Shown: piece by piece, positions 38,564 to 52,403 of the stretch
How positions within the stretch are numbered: the first letter of the stretch is position 1
Layout: each line of letters starts with the position of its first letter
Source: Neocallimastix sp. 'constans'
Lineage: Eukaryota
Length of the DNA stretch: 52,403 nucleotides
NCBI GenBank assembly: GCA_050613775.1
Contig: JBODTK010000014.1
Location: 1,488,001-1,540,403, forward strand
Direction of reading: 5' to 3'
Program-made: the position numbers and the translations under genes
The notes under the pieces: model-generated
Seen by the model: the letters and a program-made list of their open reading frames with translations, nothing else
The model's database searches: none
What the model was told of the DNA's origin: nothing

Positions 38564-41500
38564 ATTATTTATTAATTATTATTATTATTATTATTATATT
38601 ATTATTATTATTATTATTATTTATAAATATTTTACATATTTAAAGTGATTTTTATTGTTAAATTAAGAAAAGATTAAAAAAAAAATTAAAAAAAAAAAAA
38701 AAAAGATAAAGAAAAATTACCAGGTACAAAGAATCTTAAAAACAAAAATGTTCCCACTACCTTTTCAGAATTTGAATATTCAACATCATTAGTAAGGAAG
38801 TACCCACTTCCTTGTTTTTCTAATTTTGACTTTCGATTATCATTACTGCGTTCTAAATCATTCAGTGATATGAAATATCTTTCTTCATTGTCTAAATAAT
38901 TTTCACGACTACTGTAGAGTGGTTTTATATCATATATTTTTGAATTTTCTTGAACAGCAGCACTTTTAAAATCTTCATATTTACTTTTTCTTTTATCCGT
39001 ATCAGATTCAATATCATCGGAGAGTCTACGAGATTTCATACTTTTTTGGGATAATTTATTGTAATCTGTTTCAATTTTAAGGCCTAGCTCATTTTTACGC
39101 TGTGAGATTGAAGATTGAGATAATTGATTATTACTATTGCTGTCATTTACACAAAAATGTATATCATCATCTGAGATCACAGACACATTTTCTTTATTAT
39201 TCCTCCTGATATCAATCATATTTTCACTATTATTTCGTTTATAGGTTAGTCGGACACCTGAAGGATGATAATTATTCATTTCTATATCTGTTTTATAATT
39301 ATCTATGGAACTGTTACAACTTAAACTTCCAGATCCATCATTTAATCGTACTCTGTTAAAATTATTGATTATGCTGCTATTTCTTTTGCTATTTTTAACA
39401 CTATTTAGACTACTTTCTCTTGATCCATCAATTAAAATATATTTATCTTTCTTATTCAGTAACAATTCATTTATTTTATCGAAATCCAATGTTTCTCTTC
39501 TATTACTGTCATCGGAGGCTTCTTTTACATAATTTTTTATACTTATTATTTTTGCCATCTTAATATCTTTAATTTGAAAGCTATCTTTTTTAAGAAATTG
39601 TTTAAAGAAGGGTTTATTATTAAATCTTGTAACTTGATGATTTATACTATCCTCGTTAGGAGTATATATATCTTTACTCTGCCATTCTTCTAATTCTTCT
39701 TCAATATAACTATTACTTTCACTAATACTACAGCAGTTAAATTCATCAGAAAAGTCAGAGGGACTTATAACTTCTACGGCTCCAATTATATTTATATTTT
39801 CATTACTACTAACTTGTTTGTTATGATTGCCTTCATTGTCAATTTCATTATCACTATTGTCATCATCACTCATTATTTCCATTTCTAATTCGTGTAATTC
39901 TCTCTCTATTCCTTGTCTTTCCTCTAGCTTATCTTCTTTTTCATAATTAATTTTTGGTTTATTTTTATCATTTATTTTACTCTTTTTTTCTTTTATATCT
40001 TTTTTATTGGTGTCCAAACCGTATCTTTCTTCCCTTAATATCTTTTCCTCTGAAATTTCATCTTTTAATATCTCCTCTTTCGTGATATTTTCTTCTTCTT
40101 CCTCTATGGTATAACTATTTCTATCATTGAAATGATCCACAATACTTTCTTCCTTACCAATATTTACTTCTAAATAAAAATCATTCACACTACTATCATC
40201 TTCTTTATCATCCTCTTTATCATCCTCTTTATCATCCTCTTTACCATCCTCTTTATCATCCTCTTTTGTTATGTAAGAAGAGAGATATGAACATGACTTA
40301 TAATCAGCATCATCATCTTCTCCTCCTCCATTATTTTTATCGTTATCTTGTGAACATGGTAAATCATTTTCATTACATGAAATTTGTTCATCCTCTTGAT
40401 TTTGAATCGTCAAATTTTTACCAGTCAGATCATGATTCATCTTATCAAATTTTTGTTGGGGTTTCAAATATTTATTATCATTGTTTCTATCTTTTAAACT
40501 TTTTCTTTCGGTATTATGACCACTGTGATTATCCTCTGGTTTTAATTCCATTTGTTCTATTGAATTATCATTGCTAATATTTGAAATACGAGATTCTTTA
40601 CCATTTATTTGTGATCTTACAGTTAGGTACCTAAAACTATCTCCTATACTACCCTCTTCGCTTTCGCCATTGACATTTGAATTCTGGGATATATTGGAAG
40701 AATAATTTTTTAATTGATGAAATCCGTAATTGACATTGCTATAAGACATACCACTGGTATAACTTTCATGTTTTTTATGGGAATATGGACGAGCTGATGT
40801 AGCAGAAAGAGAATAATTTAGACTTCCATTACTTTGTAATGGGGTCTTATCTTTTTCCATAGTCCTTACGGAATAAATCGTTTGACTATAAATATTTTGG
40901 GTATCAAGATTATATTTATCCAGTATATTAATATTAATATCTTTATCATCTATAAGATTACAAGCTATATTTGGAGTTGCTAATAGAGGTATGTGATTGG
41001 TGGATAATTCACCATTAGGAGTTTTGCACTCCTCATAATTTGATATATTAAACACACTAAGATATGAATTTTGACGACTAACATAGTACAAGTCCGCTAT
41101 ATTGACATCCGTATTTTCCACTTCTAGAGTATATGATGCCTCAATGACGTTTGCTATTGAATAACAGAGATGATGAATAGAATTTGGCATTTTTTCTTTA
41201 TTATTTATGATAGTATTTAGGAGGGTAAGACATATATTTTCTATTTTTGCAATATTATTATTTATCACTCGCCGAGTTTCCATTTCAATCTCTTCTTCAT
41301 CCATGTCATAACAGGGAATTGTTTTTACTGCAGTAAGTGGTTCATTTTGACTTGAAACGGATGTGGTTTCTTGTACGGGTGCCGAACGCAATTGACTTTG
41401 ATTCCTGAATTGATTCTCTATGATTTTTCTTTTTATTCTATGAGGATCTAATTCTAAATCTTTTGCGTAATGAAGTATTTCTTTTATTGTATTATTCAAT

Positions 41501-41568
41501 GTTGAAGTTAAATATCGATATCCAATTTCATGAGCATATGAATTTAGAAATATTGATAAAAAACTGTA

Positions 41569-41605
<37 letters not shown>

Positions 41606-43334
41606 TTAATTGCATAAATTGTAATAAGATTTCAATAAATAAATTATTTTTATATTTTTATTTTATATTTATTTTTATTTTTATTTTTTTTTTTTTTTTT
41701 TTTTTTTGTTTATTGAAAAAAAAATATATATATATATATTATAAATTATTTTATATATACAGTATATATAATTTCAAATTTATATATAGTTATAAAAAAT
41801 ATATTAAATTTAAAAGTTTTAAAAAAAATATAAATATATTATTAAAAATAAAAAAAATGTAATTTATGTCTTTTTGAAAATAAATTGATATTTATAATAA
41901 AATATAAACCTATTATCTCTTAGTATATCGCATGCATCACGATTTTTTACATCTTTAATTAAAAAAAAAAATTTAATGACAATAATGAAAAGTAATATCA
42001 TTTAATTATTTTAATATATATTTATATTTTATTTAATGATATATATAAATCTTTATATTTAATTAATAAAATTTATTATATTTATATTTTATTATGAAGC
42101 TTAATAAAAAAAAAAAAAAAAAAAGCTTGGAAATAAAATTATAAATATAATAAATTTTTTATTTAAGGTACTTACGATACATTCGAGCTTTATATGATAA
42201 TAATTTAACAATAAATATTTCAATATCTTCCGATCTATACGCCATTAATAATTTTAATATACTTTTGGGTAATGTCGAACCCGTTTCATTTGCTAATGGA
42301 GATTGACATATTATTGATAATAGATTTAAATTATCAGAAAGCAGTATTTCTAAAAGTCGTTTTTTACATTCCGTCTTTCAAATTATTATAATTAAACAAA
42401 ATATAAATGAAATATATAATAAACAATTTAAAAAAAAAAATATTATTAATGTATAGTGAAAAAGAATATTGTATATTTAAATAGATATTTAACAATAATA
42501 ACGATTTTATTTTAACAATTATTAATATTTCTTTTTATTTTAATAACTGCTTTTAATATTATATTTTTAGTGAACAATAAACTTATTATTATTATTATAT
42601 TATTATTATTATTATTATATTATTATTATTATTATATTATTATTAGTGAAATAATAAAAGTATTTGGTTTTGACTCTTTAGAGTATTTTGTATATATAAT
42701 ATTCATTAGGTGAATTTAAACTTTTTAATTTCTATATAAATTTTGTACTTTTTTTAATAATAGAAAAAATAAAGTAAAAACTATTATTTTTTAAAAATAG
42801 AAAAGATAAAATAATAATTATTATTATAATCCATCATTATCTTTTTTTTTTAAAAAAATTTCTCGAGTCTATTTCTTCCCATATAATTTTATTTTTTACT
42901 GTCTTATCCTCCTGTTTATTATAAAATTTATTAATAATTCATGTATTATAGTATGATACAACTACATATTCATAAAATTTTTATATTATGTAAAATATAA
43001 ATATCTATATATAGCAAATAAATATGCAATATCAATTTATTGAATTCATTTATTTTCCTTTCTACTTTTATGATACCATTACGCATCATTATATTAATAT
43101 TAAAATTGATATTAATATATTGATACTATATATGGAATATATAGAGTAACAATATATATAGAATAATAATATTTATAAAATAGCAATATATATATATATA
43201 AATATATATATAAAGTATAGATATAAGAAATAAATATTTTAATAAATTTTTACTTTAGTACTAATTAGCATCGCACTGCTAGCAACATGTTTTAGAGATC
43301 CACCATTAGATGAATTTAGTGATTTCCACGACAT
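36342..43334 (-). CDS. Ras GTPase-activating protein (RasGAP domain with a very large internal insertion), ~1408 aa, 9 exons (43334-43254, 42374-42176, 41952-41910, 41563-38721, 38389-38175, 37894-37256, 37060-36969, 36594-36557, 36418-36342)
   Basis: Motifs: arginine-finger region ILRDNS, GYRYLTSTL, LELDP, MPNSIHHLC, then FLFLRFFVPAITSPENFGL, RKSLIICGKVLSALCN, FGGKEKYMEYLNPFL. All junctions are GT-AG and sum to 4227 nt in frame. Exon 1 is the least certain. Confidence 0.9.
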
Positions 43335-44213
43335 ATTAAATCAAAATTTAATTATTAAAAGTTTTAATTTTCTATTGTATTATTATTGTTATTTTTTTTT
43401 TTTATTACTTAATATTAATTTTTTGATTTTTATTTAATTATAAGATATAACATAAATGCACTATATCTTCAATAGGATGCTTGATATATTTTTTTTAAAT
43501 ATTCCTCTTTTGAAATTTTTCTTTTAATATCCCTCGATGTTATTTATGGTAAATAAATTATATCTATAATGTTATAAATAATTATATTTGATTATATATA
43601 TATATAAATGCTTAAATAAATATATTTATATTGATTTTCTCCAAAAAAAAAAAAAAATAAATTAAACTTATGAATAGAATGATGAATTTTATTGTGAATA
43701 TTGAAAATATGTTATCTTTTTATTATAGGTATATATATTTTTTTTATATAAAAAAAAAAATAAAATAGATAAACATTGAAAATTATGAAATAAATTGCTG
43801 ATAGAATAAAATGATAATTTTTTAAAAGAAAAAATGATGCATAAATTTACTAAGATTATAATCCATAAATGTGTTGCAAGTTTTTTTTTTTTTTTTTTTT
43901 TTTTTCATACACATATATTTAAAAAATATTAAAATAAAATATATCAAAAAAAAAAAAAAAAAAAAAAAGATATATATATAAATAGTATATATAGATATAG
44001 ATATGTAAATATATTGAAAGTATATTGTATTCCCCTCTTGAATTTACGATGATATGATATTTTATTATTATTATTATTATCTGTTAATAAGTTTTAATAT
44101 TATGTAGGTATTAATATTCTACATTTATTATAAGTTATTGTTGCATCATTGAAAAAAAATAATACCAATACAATATATTTAGTTTAATTTTCCATTTTTA
44201 ATATAAAATTTTT

Positions 44214-44244
<31 letters not shown>

Positions 44245-44834
44245 TTTGAAAAAAATATAATTATTATTATAAACTATTTAACCTAAAACTACTATTAATA
44301 ATTAAAATTCATTATTAATAATATTAGTTATTAATAATTATTATTAATTATTTATTAATATATTTATATATTTAACAATTAAAAATAATCAAAAAAAAAA
44401 TATTTTCTTTATGTAATATTATAAAATTTTAAAAATAATCAAAAAATATTTTCATTAATATTATAAAATTTTATTAGTTATATACTTTTCACTTTTAATT
44501 AGTAAATGTCATTTTGTACCTTAATCTTTATATATAATTAGAATTATTATATAAGTTTATTGAATATTATAATTATTATATATAACTTTATAAAATATCA
44601 TTACAAATATTTTTTGTTATTATTAACTTTATATATGTATTTTCTTAGAGTTAAAAATAAGTCTTTTATAATTGAATTATTATTTTTAAAATTTTTTTTT
44701 TTAGTTTTAATAAAGAACATTATTAGAATAAATTTTCTTTAAATATATAAAATAGATTTGTAATTTCTATAAATCTATTTAACTTTTACAAATTATAATA
44801 ATAATTTAAATTTATTATTAATTATAATCCATAA

Positions 44835-44879
<45 letters not shown>

Positions 44880-46309
44880 ATATTAGTCAATATAAAAATT
44901 AAATTAACTTTGAACATATTAATTAGTACTATTTTATAATTAGAATATATAACTAAGTTGAAGACTTTGTTTTTATTCAAGGTATAAAATTAAATTACCT
45001 ATAATAATTTTTAATTATTTTAGTGATAAATAAATAATGAAATAAAAATAAAAATAAAAAAAAAAAAATTACATATCTTAATTATTATTATTATTATTAA
45101 TTATATACTCAACCTTAAATATATTAATAATTGATTTATATTATTTATGGATTAATTATTAACATAAAAAAAAAAGGTTGCCCACAAAAATATTATATTA
45201 ACAATTATCATTATTAAGTATATAAATATCCTAAATAATAATTGTGAATTTTATACATATAAATATATAACATTTTTCATTATTTGAATATTTTTTCCTT
45301 TTATTCATTATAATTATTTGAATAATTATTTATTAATTTATTAATATTAAAATTAAATTTTATAGTATATTATAATATACTATAAAACCTAAAATTTTAA
45401 TATATCTAAACTTCAGGTAAACCTAAGGAAAAATATTGAAATGGTTTATATTTTTAAAGTATTTTGTTCTTATCCGATACTAAATTGATTATTTTTTTTT
45501 TTTATACCTATATTTTTTTAAAAAAAATATAATTATAAAATTTTACTAATATTTTTCCATCCTAAATTATAATTAGTTCCCTTTAACTATAAATTTAACT
45601 GTAAAAATATAAATATTTTCTTATTTAAAAATTGAATTTAATATTGATTCTTATTTTGTATATTGATAAAATTATTTATATAATTGACATAAAATATTTT
45701 AAATATAAATTAAATATAAACTTTTATTATTACTTCCTAATTCAACTTTTCATTTTTTTTATTCATTCATTTATATATTTATTTATTATTTTTAAATTAT
45801 TATTTAAAAAAAAAAGTTTTTCTTTATTTATTTATTATATAAATATATTTCAAATTTTTATTATTATTATTTTAAAGAAAAAAAAAAAAAAAAAGATCGA
45901 TTATTTGTATTAAGATTAAAGAAATAATTATAATATTGATTATTTTAAAATTATTTTAATATATATAAATATATATATATATTTTAAAAAAAAAATTAAT
46001 AATAAGTTGCTTATTTGTTAAAAATCAAAGCTATTTACTCTAATTTTTTAGAGATCGTTAAAGTATTAATAAAAATATATACTTTAAAATAATTTCTAAA
46101 ATTCTAATTAATAAAATGATTGATATTTTATTTATAAAAGATAATAATTAATGTAATAGTAAAAATTTTTTTATACTGTTTTTAAAAAATAATAAACTAA
46201 CAGATAATTAACATATAATTATTGGATAAGGATATTATAATTATAAGGAAAAAAAAATTAATATTTGTAATAATTAAAATAATAATAATAATGATAATAA
46301 TTATAAATA

Positions 46310-46975
46310 TTAAATAATAAATAATAATAAATAATAATAAATAATAATAAATAATAATAATTGAATAATTGAATAATAAATAATAAATAATAAATAATAA
46401 ATAATAAATAATAAATAATAAATAATAAATAATAAATAATAAATAATAAATAATAAATAATAAATAATAAATAATAAATAATAAATAATAAATAATAAAT
46501 AATAAATAATAAATAATAAATAATAAATAATAAATAATAAATAATAAATAATAAATAATAAATAATAAATAATAAATAATAAATAATAAATAATAAATAA
46601 TAAATAATAAATAATAAATAATAAATAATAAATAATAAATAATAAATAATAAATAATAATAAAGAGTATTTATTAATAAATAATAAATAATAAGTAATAA
46701 ATAATAAATAATAAATAATAAATAAATAATAAATAAATAATAAAGAGTATTTATTAATAAATAATAAATAATAAATAATAAAAAGAGTATTTATTAATAA
46801 ATAATAAATAATAAATAATAAATATTAAATATTAAATAATAAATAATAAATAATAAATAATAAATAATAAATAATAAATAATTGAATAATAAATAATAAA
46901 AAGAGTATTTATTAATAAATAATCAAATAATAAATAATAATCAAATAATAAATAATAAATAATAAATAATAATTG
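46310..46975. repeat. (AATAAAT)n satellite array with AAAGAGTATTTATT signature
   Basis: A long pure heptamer run with the signature at ~46661, ~46742, ~46780 and ~46900. Confidence 0.9.
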
Positions 46976-47387
46976 TTCTTTTTAGTCTTTTCAACCATTC
47001 TTTTTCAAATTCACATTTAACCACTCATTGATACTCTTCGATTTTGAATTTTTCAATTAAGATAAAATAAAAAAATAAAAAAGAATTATTTAAATTGAAT
47101 GTAATATATTGCAAATATATTTATTAATATATAAATTAATATATTTTTTAAATATAATCAATTTTTTAAACAGTATATTTATATTATAAGAATATTTTGG
47201 ATATAATAAATAATAAATAATTGAATAATTGAATAATTGAATAATTGAATAATAAATTAAACCAATATTAGCCATCAATATTTGATAAAAATATTTTTAT
47301 TCTATTTTACTTCTTTTTTTTTTTTTTTTTTTTTTTTTTTCTCAGTTTTTATTTATATTAGAATATTAAATATAAAAAAATTACAAT

Positions 47388-48840
47388 ATGCTTATTAAGA
47401 TTAAGGTAAAATTTATTTTAAAAAGAAATAATTGAATAATAAAAAATAATATAATCAATATATTTTTGTAAAAAAAAGAAAAAAAAAAAAAAGGAAAAGA
47501 AATAAAAAAAGAAATGAATGAATTTTTAATGATAATAAATATTAATTTGATTATATTTTTGTTTTGACCGTAATTTATAGGAATAATTTTATTTGTTTAT
47601 TTAGTTTTAGTTTTTATTTAAAAGTGAAGAGTAGAAAAAAAAAAAAACATTTATTTAAAATATTAATAATTCTTTTTTTTTTATTATTTTTCTTTCTATA
47701 ATATAATATATTTTAATAATTTGTATGAAAAATAATGTATTTCCCATTCTCATATATTTATGATTTAGACTTTAACTGGAAAGGAAGTAAGAATTTTTAT
47801 CTCTTTTTTTTTTTTTTAATATTAAATTTTAATAAATATTTATTAATTATTAAATAAATCAATTTAAATATGAGTTAAGCCTATTATCTTGATCATTTAA
47901 TAAGAAATAATAAAATTTTTAGATTGTTAAAAATAATAGAATTTATTAAAAAAATAAAAAAAAAATTGTATAATAATTTCTCGTAAATTATTACATAGAA
48001 ATATTTTTTTTCGTCTATTGATATTTATAAATTAATATTAATGATAAATTATAATTAACACGTTTAAATAAATAATAGAAATTTTTACAAATTCTTTTAA
48101 TATTATTCAATGATTTCATTTTCTAATTATAAATTTTATGTATTGTTTTATTTATTTATATATTTATTTTTTATAAATGCTTTTATATATCAAACAATAA
48201 ATTTATTGTAATTATTATTTTTTTTATTTTTTGAATTTCAAGATCGATATTGATATCGAACCATCCGATCAAGTAAGATTTTATTTTTTGATTTAAATAA
48301 AAGAACTTGAAATATATGAATAAACGATTTATTAAAAATTGTCTAATAATTAATATTATGAATTGTTTTGTTTATTTATTATTTTATTAGATTGCTAGAA
48401 TTAAGGAAAGAATTGAAGAAAAAGAAGGTATTCCACCACCACAACAAAGGTATTTTAAAATAAAAAATAAAAATAAAAATAAAAATAGAAATGAATCTAT
48501 TATACAATTATTTATTTTTTAATGAGTTATACAAATATTAATAATATTTTAATAATTCTTTATGTTTTTTTAATTTTTTTTTTGAAATAATATCAAAGAT
48601 TAATTTTCAGTGGTAAACAAATGTAAGTATTATTTTAAATTATAATTATTTTAATAAAATCATTATTTCATGATTTCATTGACTTATGAACTTTTTATAT
48701 CTTTATTTTAATGATAAACTTTTTATATTATTTTCAAAAAAAAAAAAAAAAAAAGGGATGACACCAAAAGTGCTGAAGATTATAAGATTACTGGTGGAGC
48801 TGTTCTTCACTTAGTTTTAGCTTTAAGAGGTGGTTTCTAA
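47388..48840 (+). CDS. NEDD8: Ubiquitin-like protein NEDD8/Rub1, 77 aa, 6 exons (47388-47405, 47769-47786, 48243-48272, 48391-48449, 48599-48622, 48756-48840)
   Basis: Spliced product [77 protein letters not shown]. Ala72 (LALRGG) and [12 protein letters not shown] identify NEDD8 rather than ubiquitin. It is not in the ORF track. Confidence 0.97.
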
Positions 48841-49268
48841 ATTTAAATCATTTTTTAATAACAAAAGGAATATATGAAATTCTATAATGGTTTCTCCTCC
48901 CTTTTTTTTTTTGTTTTTTTTCTATTAATTCAGTATTACTATATTAATCATGACTTTGTATACATGAAAAAAAATACAAATTATACATAATAATATGATG
49001 GTATATGCAATGAAAAAAATTTTTTTTATTCAAAAATAAAGCATTATTAGTAAACAACGTGAACAGAATATTAAAAATAAAAAAAAAAAAAGTGAAAAGT
49101 GATTATTATAGAAAGAACAACTAATATATTGATAACAATAAAAACTTTTAATAAATAAAAACAATATTTATTATAATTTTTATTTTCATTCAATATCCAA
49201 TAAATAAAAATAAAATGAAAATGAAAAATTTTAATAAATATTCAAAATTCAAAATATATAAATAATTG

Positions 49269-49311
<43 letters not shown>

Positions 49312-49728
49312 CAATCGTTTCAAAAAAAAAAAAAAAAAAATTAATAAAATATATATTACACATAAAAACATCAAAATATAAATATAAATATTTAAATTTT
49401 ACAATAAAAGAAAAATAATACGGTGTACTAATATATGTTTATAGTTTATGTTTATAATTTATTATTATAATTATCGTTGTTTTTATTATTATTGTTTAAT
49501 GGTATTAATGGCATAATTTTTTTTTGGGAAGCATTTTTTTTTAAAATTATTTTCAATACAACCTATATAATATTTTATATACATATTATATATTTAATTT
49601 AAAGGTATGTTTTATGTTTTATTAATAATTCTTGAAGAAATATTAATATATGTATAAAATATATATATATATTATTATAATTTTAGTTTCTTAACGTTTA
49701 TTTTATTTTTGTACTTTATATATATAAA

Positions 49729-49759
<31 letters not shown>

Positions 49760-50155
49760 AAAATTGATAAATTAAAGTTTATTATTATTTTATTAAAAAA
49801 AAATTTTTTTTTTATAATGAATGGTTTAAAAAATAATTTATGGTATTATTAAAAGATTAATTATTTAATATTAAAGTAGTAAAGTAAGTAGTAGAAGGAA
49901 TAGTAAAATAATTTTAAGATTCATGGATAAGAGATTTACATGTTATAATAAATAATTAAATAATTAAATAATTAAATAATTAAATAATTAAAATAAATAA
50001 TAATAATAATAATAAATAATAATAATTTTATATTTATTTAATAATCAAAATTATTTTGAATTATTAAAAAAAAAAAATTGAAAAAGTAAATTTATGATTT
50101 TTAAAAATTTAAGATTAATAGGGTTTTATCGTTAATTGAATACATAATAAATAAT

Positions 50156-50194
<39 letters not shown>

Positions 50195-50626
50195 AAAATT
50201 AAAATTAAAAAAAAAAAAAAAATTGAGAATTAAAAAGAAATATTGATAATAGAGAGTAGTTAGTAGTTGTAAGTAGAATAAATCAAATGAATCTTCAAAT
50301 GAATCTTCGAAAAAAAAAAAAAAAAAAAAAAAAAAAAACAGCAGTATAGTACATAACATACATAAGAAAAAAAAAAATTAAATTAAAATAAATAATAAAA
50401 TTTATTAGTATTTACATTTTTGTTTAGCTAATTATTAAAAAATTAAAAAGAAATAAAATTATATATATATATATATATATATATGAATGTATTTTATTTT
50501 ATCTTTAATAATACTTGTGTATCTTAATCATTTTAATATATATATATTATAAAACTTTTTTTTTTTTTTAAATTCAAAATAATAAATTTTATATAATAAA
50601 AAGTAAAATAATAATAATAATAATAA

Positions 50627-50660
<34 letters not shown>

Positions 50661-51084
50661 GAAATTAAGATTTATTAAATAAACTTGGATGATTATAAAA
50701 ATACTTTAACAGTAAACAAAATATAGGATTGAAAATTTTAAATTTTATTATATTAACTATATATTTATTTATTATGATATAGAATTAAAAAGATTTATAA
50801 ATTTATTAAGAAAAGAAAAATAAAATAAAAAATAAAAGTAAAATAAAATTAAATAAAAGAAAGAAAAAAAATAAGGTTATGATTAATATATAAATAAAGT
50901 CATAATAATTATTAATAATAGTTTAATAGAAAAAAAAATAGAAATAATAAATGTTATAATAATTTTAAAAGAATATTATTTTTTAAAATTTAAATATTAT
51001 TTTATAATATTAATAAAATTAAAGTTTTTATGAATGGGAAATAGAAAGCAAAACAAAAATATATATATATATATATATACATAT

Positions 51085-51122
51085 AAAAATTGTTATTGGT
51101 ATATATACCAATAACAATTTTT
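51085..51122. repeat. Perfect 38-bp palindrome
   Basis: AAAAATTGTTATTGGTATA|TATACCAATAACAATTTTT, about 400 bp upstream of the ATG at 51529. Confidence 0.9.
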
Positions 51123-51488
51123 TTTTTTATAACAAAATGATTATAAATATTAACAATAAACTTTAGAATCTTTAAAAATTAAATTATCCAATGATAAAGA
51201 ATATTTAATATAGTTTTAAGATTTTTACTACGAAATAAAAACTAGTTTTTTTTTTATTTTATTTTATTTTTTTTTTTTATAAATATATAATTTATTAAGA
51301 ATAATAATATAAATAATAAATATAAGAAGAAATTATACTTATTAACTTTTTTAATCAAAATAGAATATAAAAAAAAAATAAAAAATAAAAAATAAAAAAT
51401 AAAAAATAAAAAATAAAAAATAAATAGAAATAGAAATAGAAAAGATAGATAGATTGATAGATAGATAGATAGACAGAGAGTGTAATAG

Positions 51489-51524
<36 letters not shown>

Positions 51525-51528
51525 AAAA

Positions 51529-51821
51529 ATGAGTGTCGGTATTGGTAATCTTTATTCATCAGAAATCGAAAATGGAATTAATAATAATAAGGAACTGAAT
51601 CAAAGTAATTTGGTTTATTCATCATCCTTAGAAACAGATAATCAAAAAGATGATATTTCCTTACCAAATTTAATAAAAGATGAATTATTGGAATTGAGTT
51701 TTGTGGCTCGAGAATTATCTACAAAATTATCTCCATCCAATGATAGTAATAATATTTTAATGAAACAAGTATCTGAAATATTGGTAAGTACACAATATTA
51801 TATATATAAATATTATTGTGG

Positions 51822-51881
<60 letters not shown>

Positions 51882-51993
51882 ATTTTTATTAATGAAAAAA
51901 CCTAATTCATTATTTTATATTTACATTATTAAATATCATTAACACTAATGATTTTTTTTTATGTGTTTATTACTTTTGATATTTATTAAATTG

Positions 51994-52040
<47 letters not shown>

Positions 52041-52270
52041 TTATATATAATAATAATAATAATAATAAAATAAAAAAAGGATGCTTACTTTTCTCACTTA
52101 AGTATTATTAAACAGCAATTCAATTATTATACGAACAACATTAACAGCGGTTATATTAATGGTAATAATAATTCAAATGATACTAATATTACTGGTTTTC
52201 ATCAACCTATTGTTACCTCTTTAATGAACTTGAAAGAAAAAATAGATGCATTATTAGAAAAGTTAATAAG
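51529..52270 (+). CDS. 5' part of an unknown protein-coding gene (exons 51529-51783, 52080-52270; continues beyond the window)
   Basis: MSVGIGNLYSSE...MKQVSEIL|GTAAGT...AAG|DAYFSHLSIIKQQFNYY...LMNLKEKIDALLEKLI(R)|GTTAGA. The phase-0 junction keeps the frame open. Confidence 0.75.
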
Positions 52271-52308
52271 GTTAGAATCAATTTATAATAATAGTAATAA
52301 TAAAGGCA

Positions 52309-52342
<34 letters not shown>

Positions 52343-52403
52343 TATATTGAATCATATATATAATGCTGAGTATGCTTTATTAATTTAAATTCTTTTTTAA
52401 TTT

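Noticed and set aside
39305..40577. Plus-strand ORFs inside RasGAP exon 4, and alternative-frame ORF 29741-29956 in WBP1
   Set aside because: They are shadow frames of well-supported genes.
42660..42735. Possible extra RasGAP exon in intron 1
   Set aside because: There are stops in all three frames after the candidate acceptor, and exons 1 and 2 already join in phase.
47388..48840. Ubiquitin gene
   Set aside because: Ala72 and the EIDIDIEP and KERIEEKE segments are NEDD8-specific.

Overview
Extremely AT-rich, intron-rich eukaryotic DNA with long A/T homopolymers and microsatellites. Composition and gene content fit an anaerobic gut fungus (Neocallimastigomycota); this is inferred, not shown. 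Positions 1-12.5 kb hold a tandem array of three ankyrin-repeat genes. Their 33-aa modules share a near-invariant scaffold, vary at binding-surface positions and appear shuffled between copies. Copies 1 and 3 carry internal stops or frameshifts, and copy 2 has a degenerate tail. A Ty3/gypsy gag relic lies in the array, and the duplicated unit carries the last exon of the neighbouring gene. I reconstructed the following spliced genes by hand, with GT-AG sites and codon phases checked: a 7-TM receptor-like protein (-), a divergent Sec62-like protein (+), WBP1/OST48 (-), an 89-aa bublin/UPF0184-like coiled-coil protein (-), a 1408-aa RasGAP whose GAP domain is split by a ~790-aa insertion (-), NEDD8/Rub1 in six small exons (+), and the 5' part of an unknown gene (+). 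A Ty1/copia integrase relic and a dispersed (AATAAAT)n satellite family with a shared internal signature are also present. I recognised no tRNA, rRNA or CRISPR features. All family assignments rest on motif recognition, not database searches.
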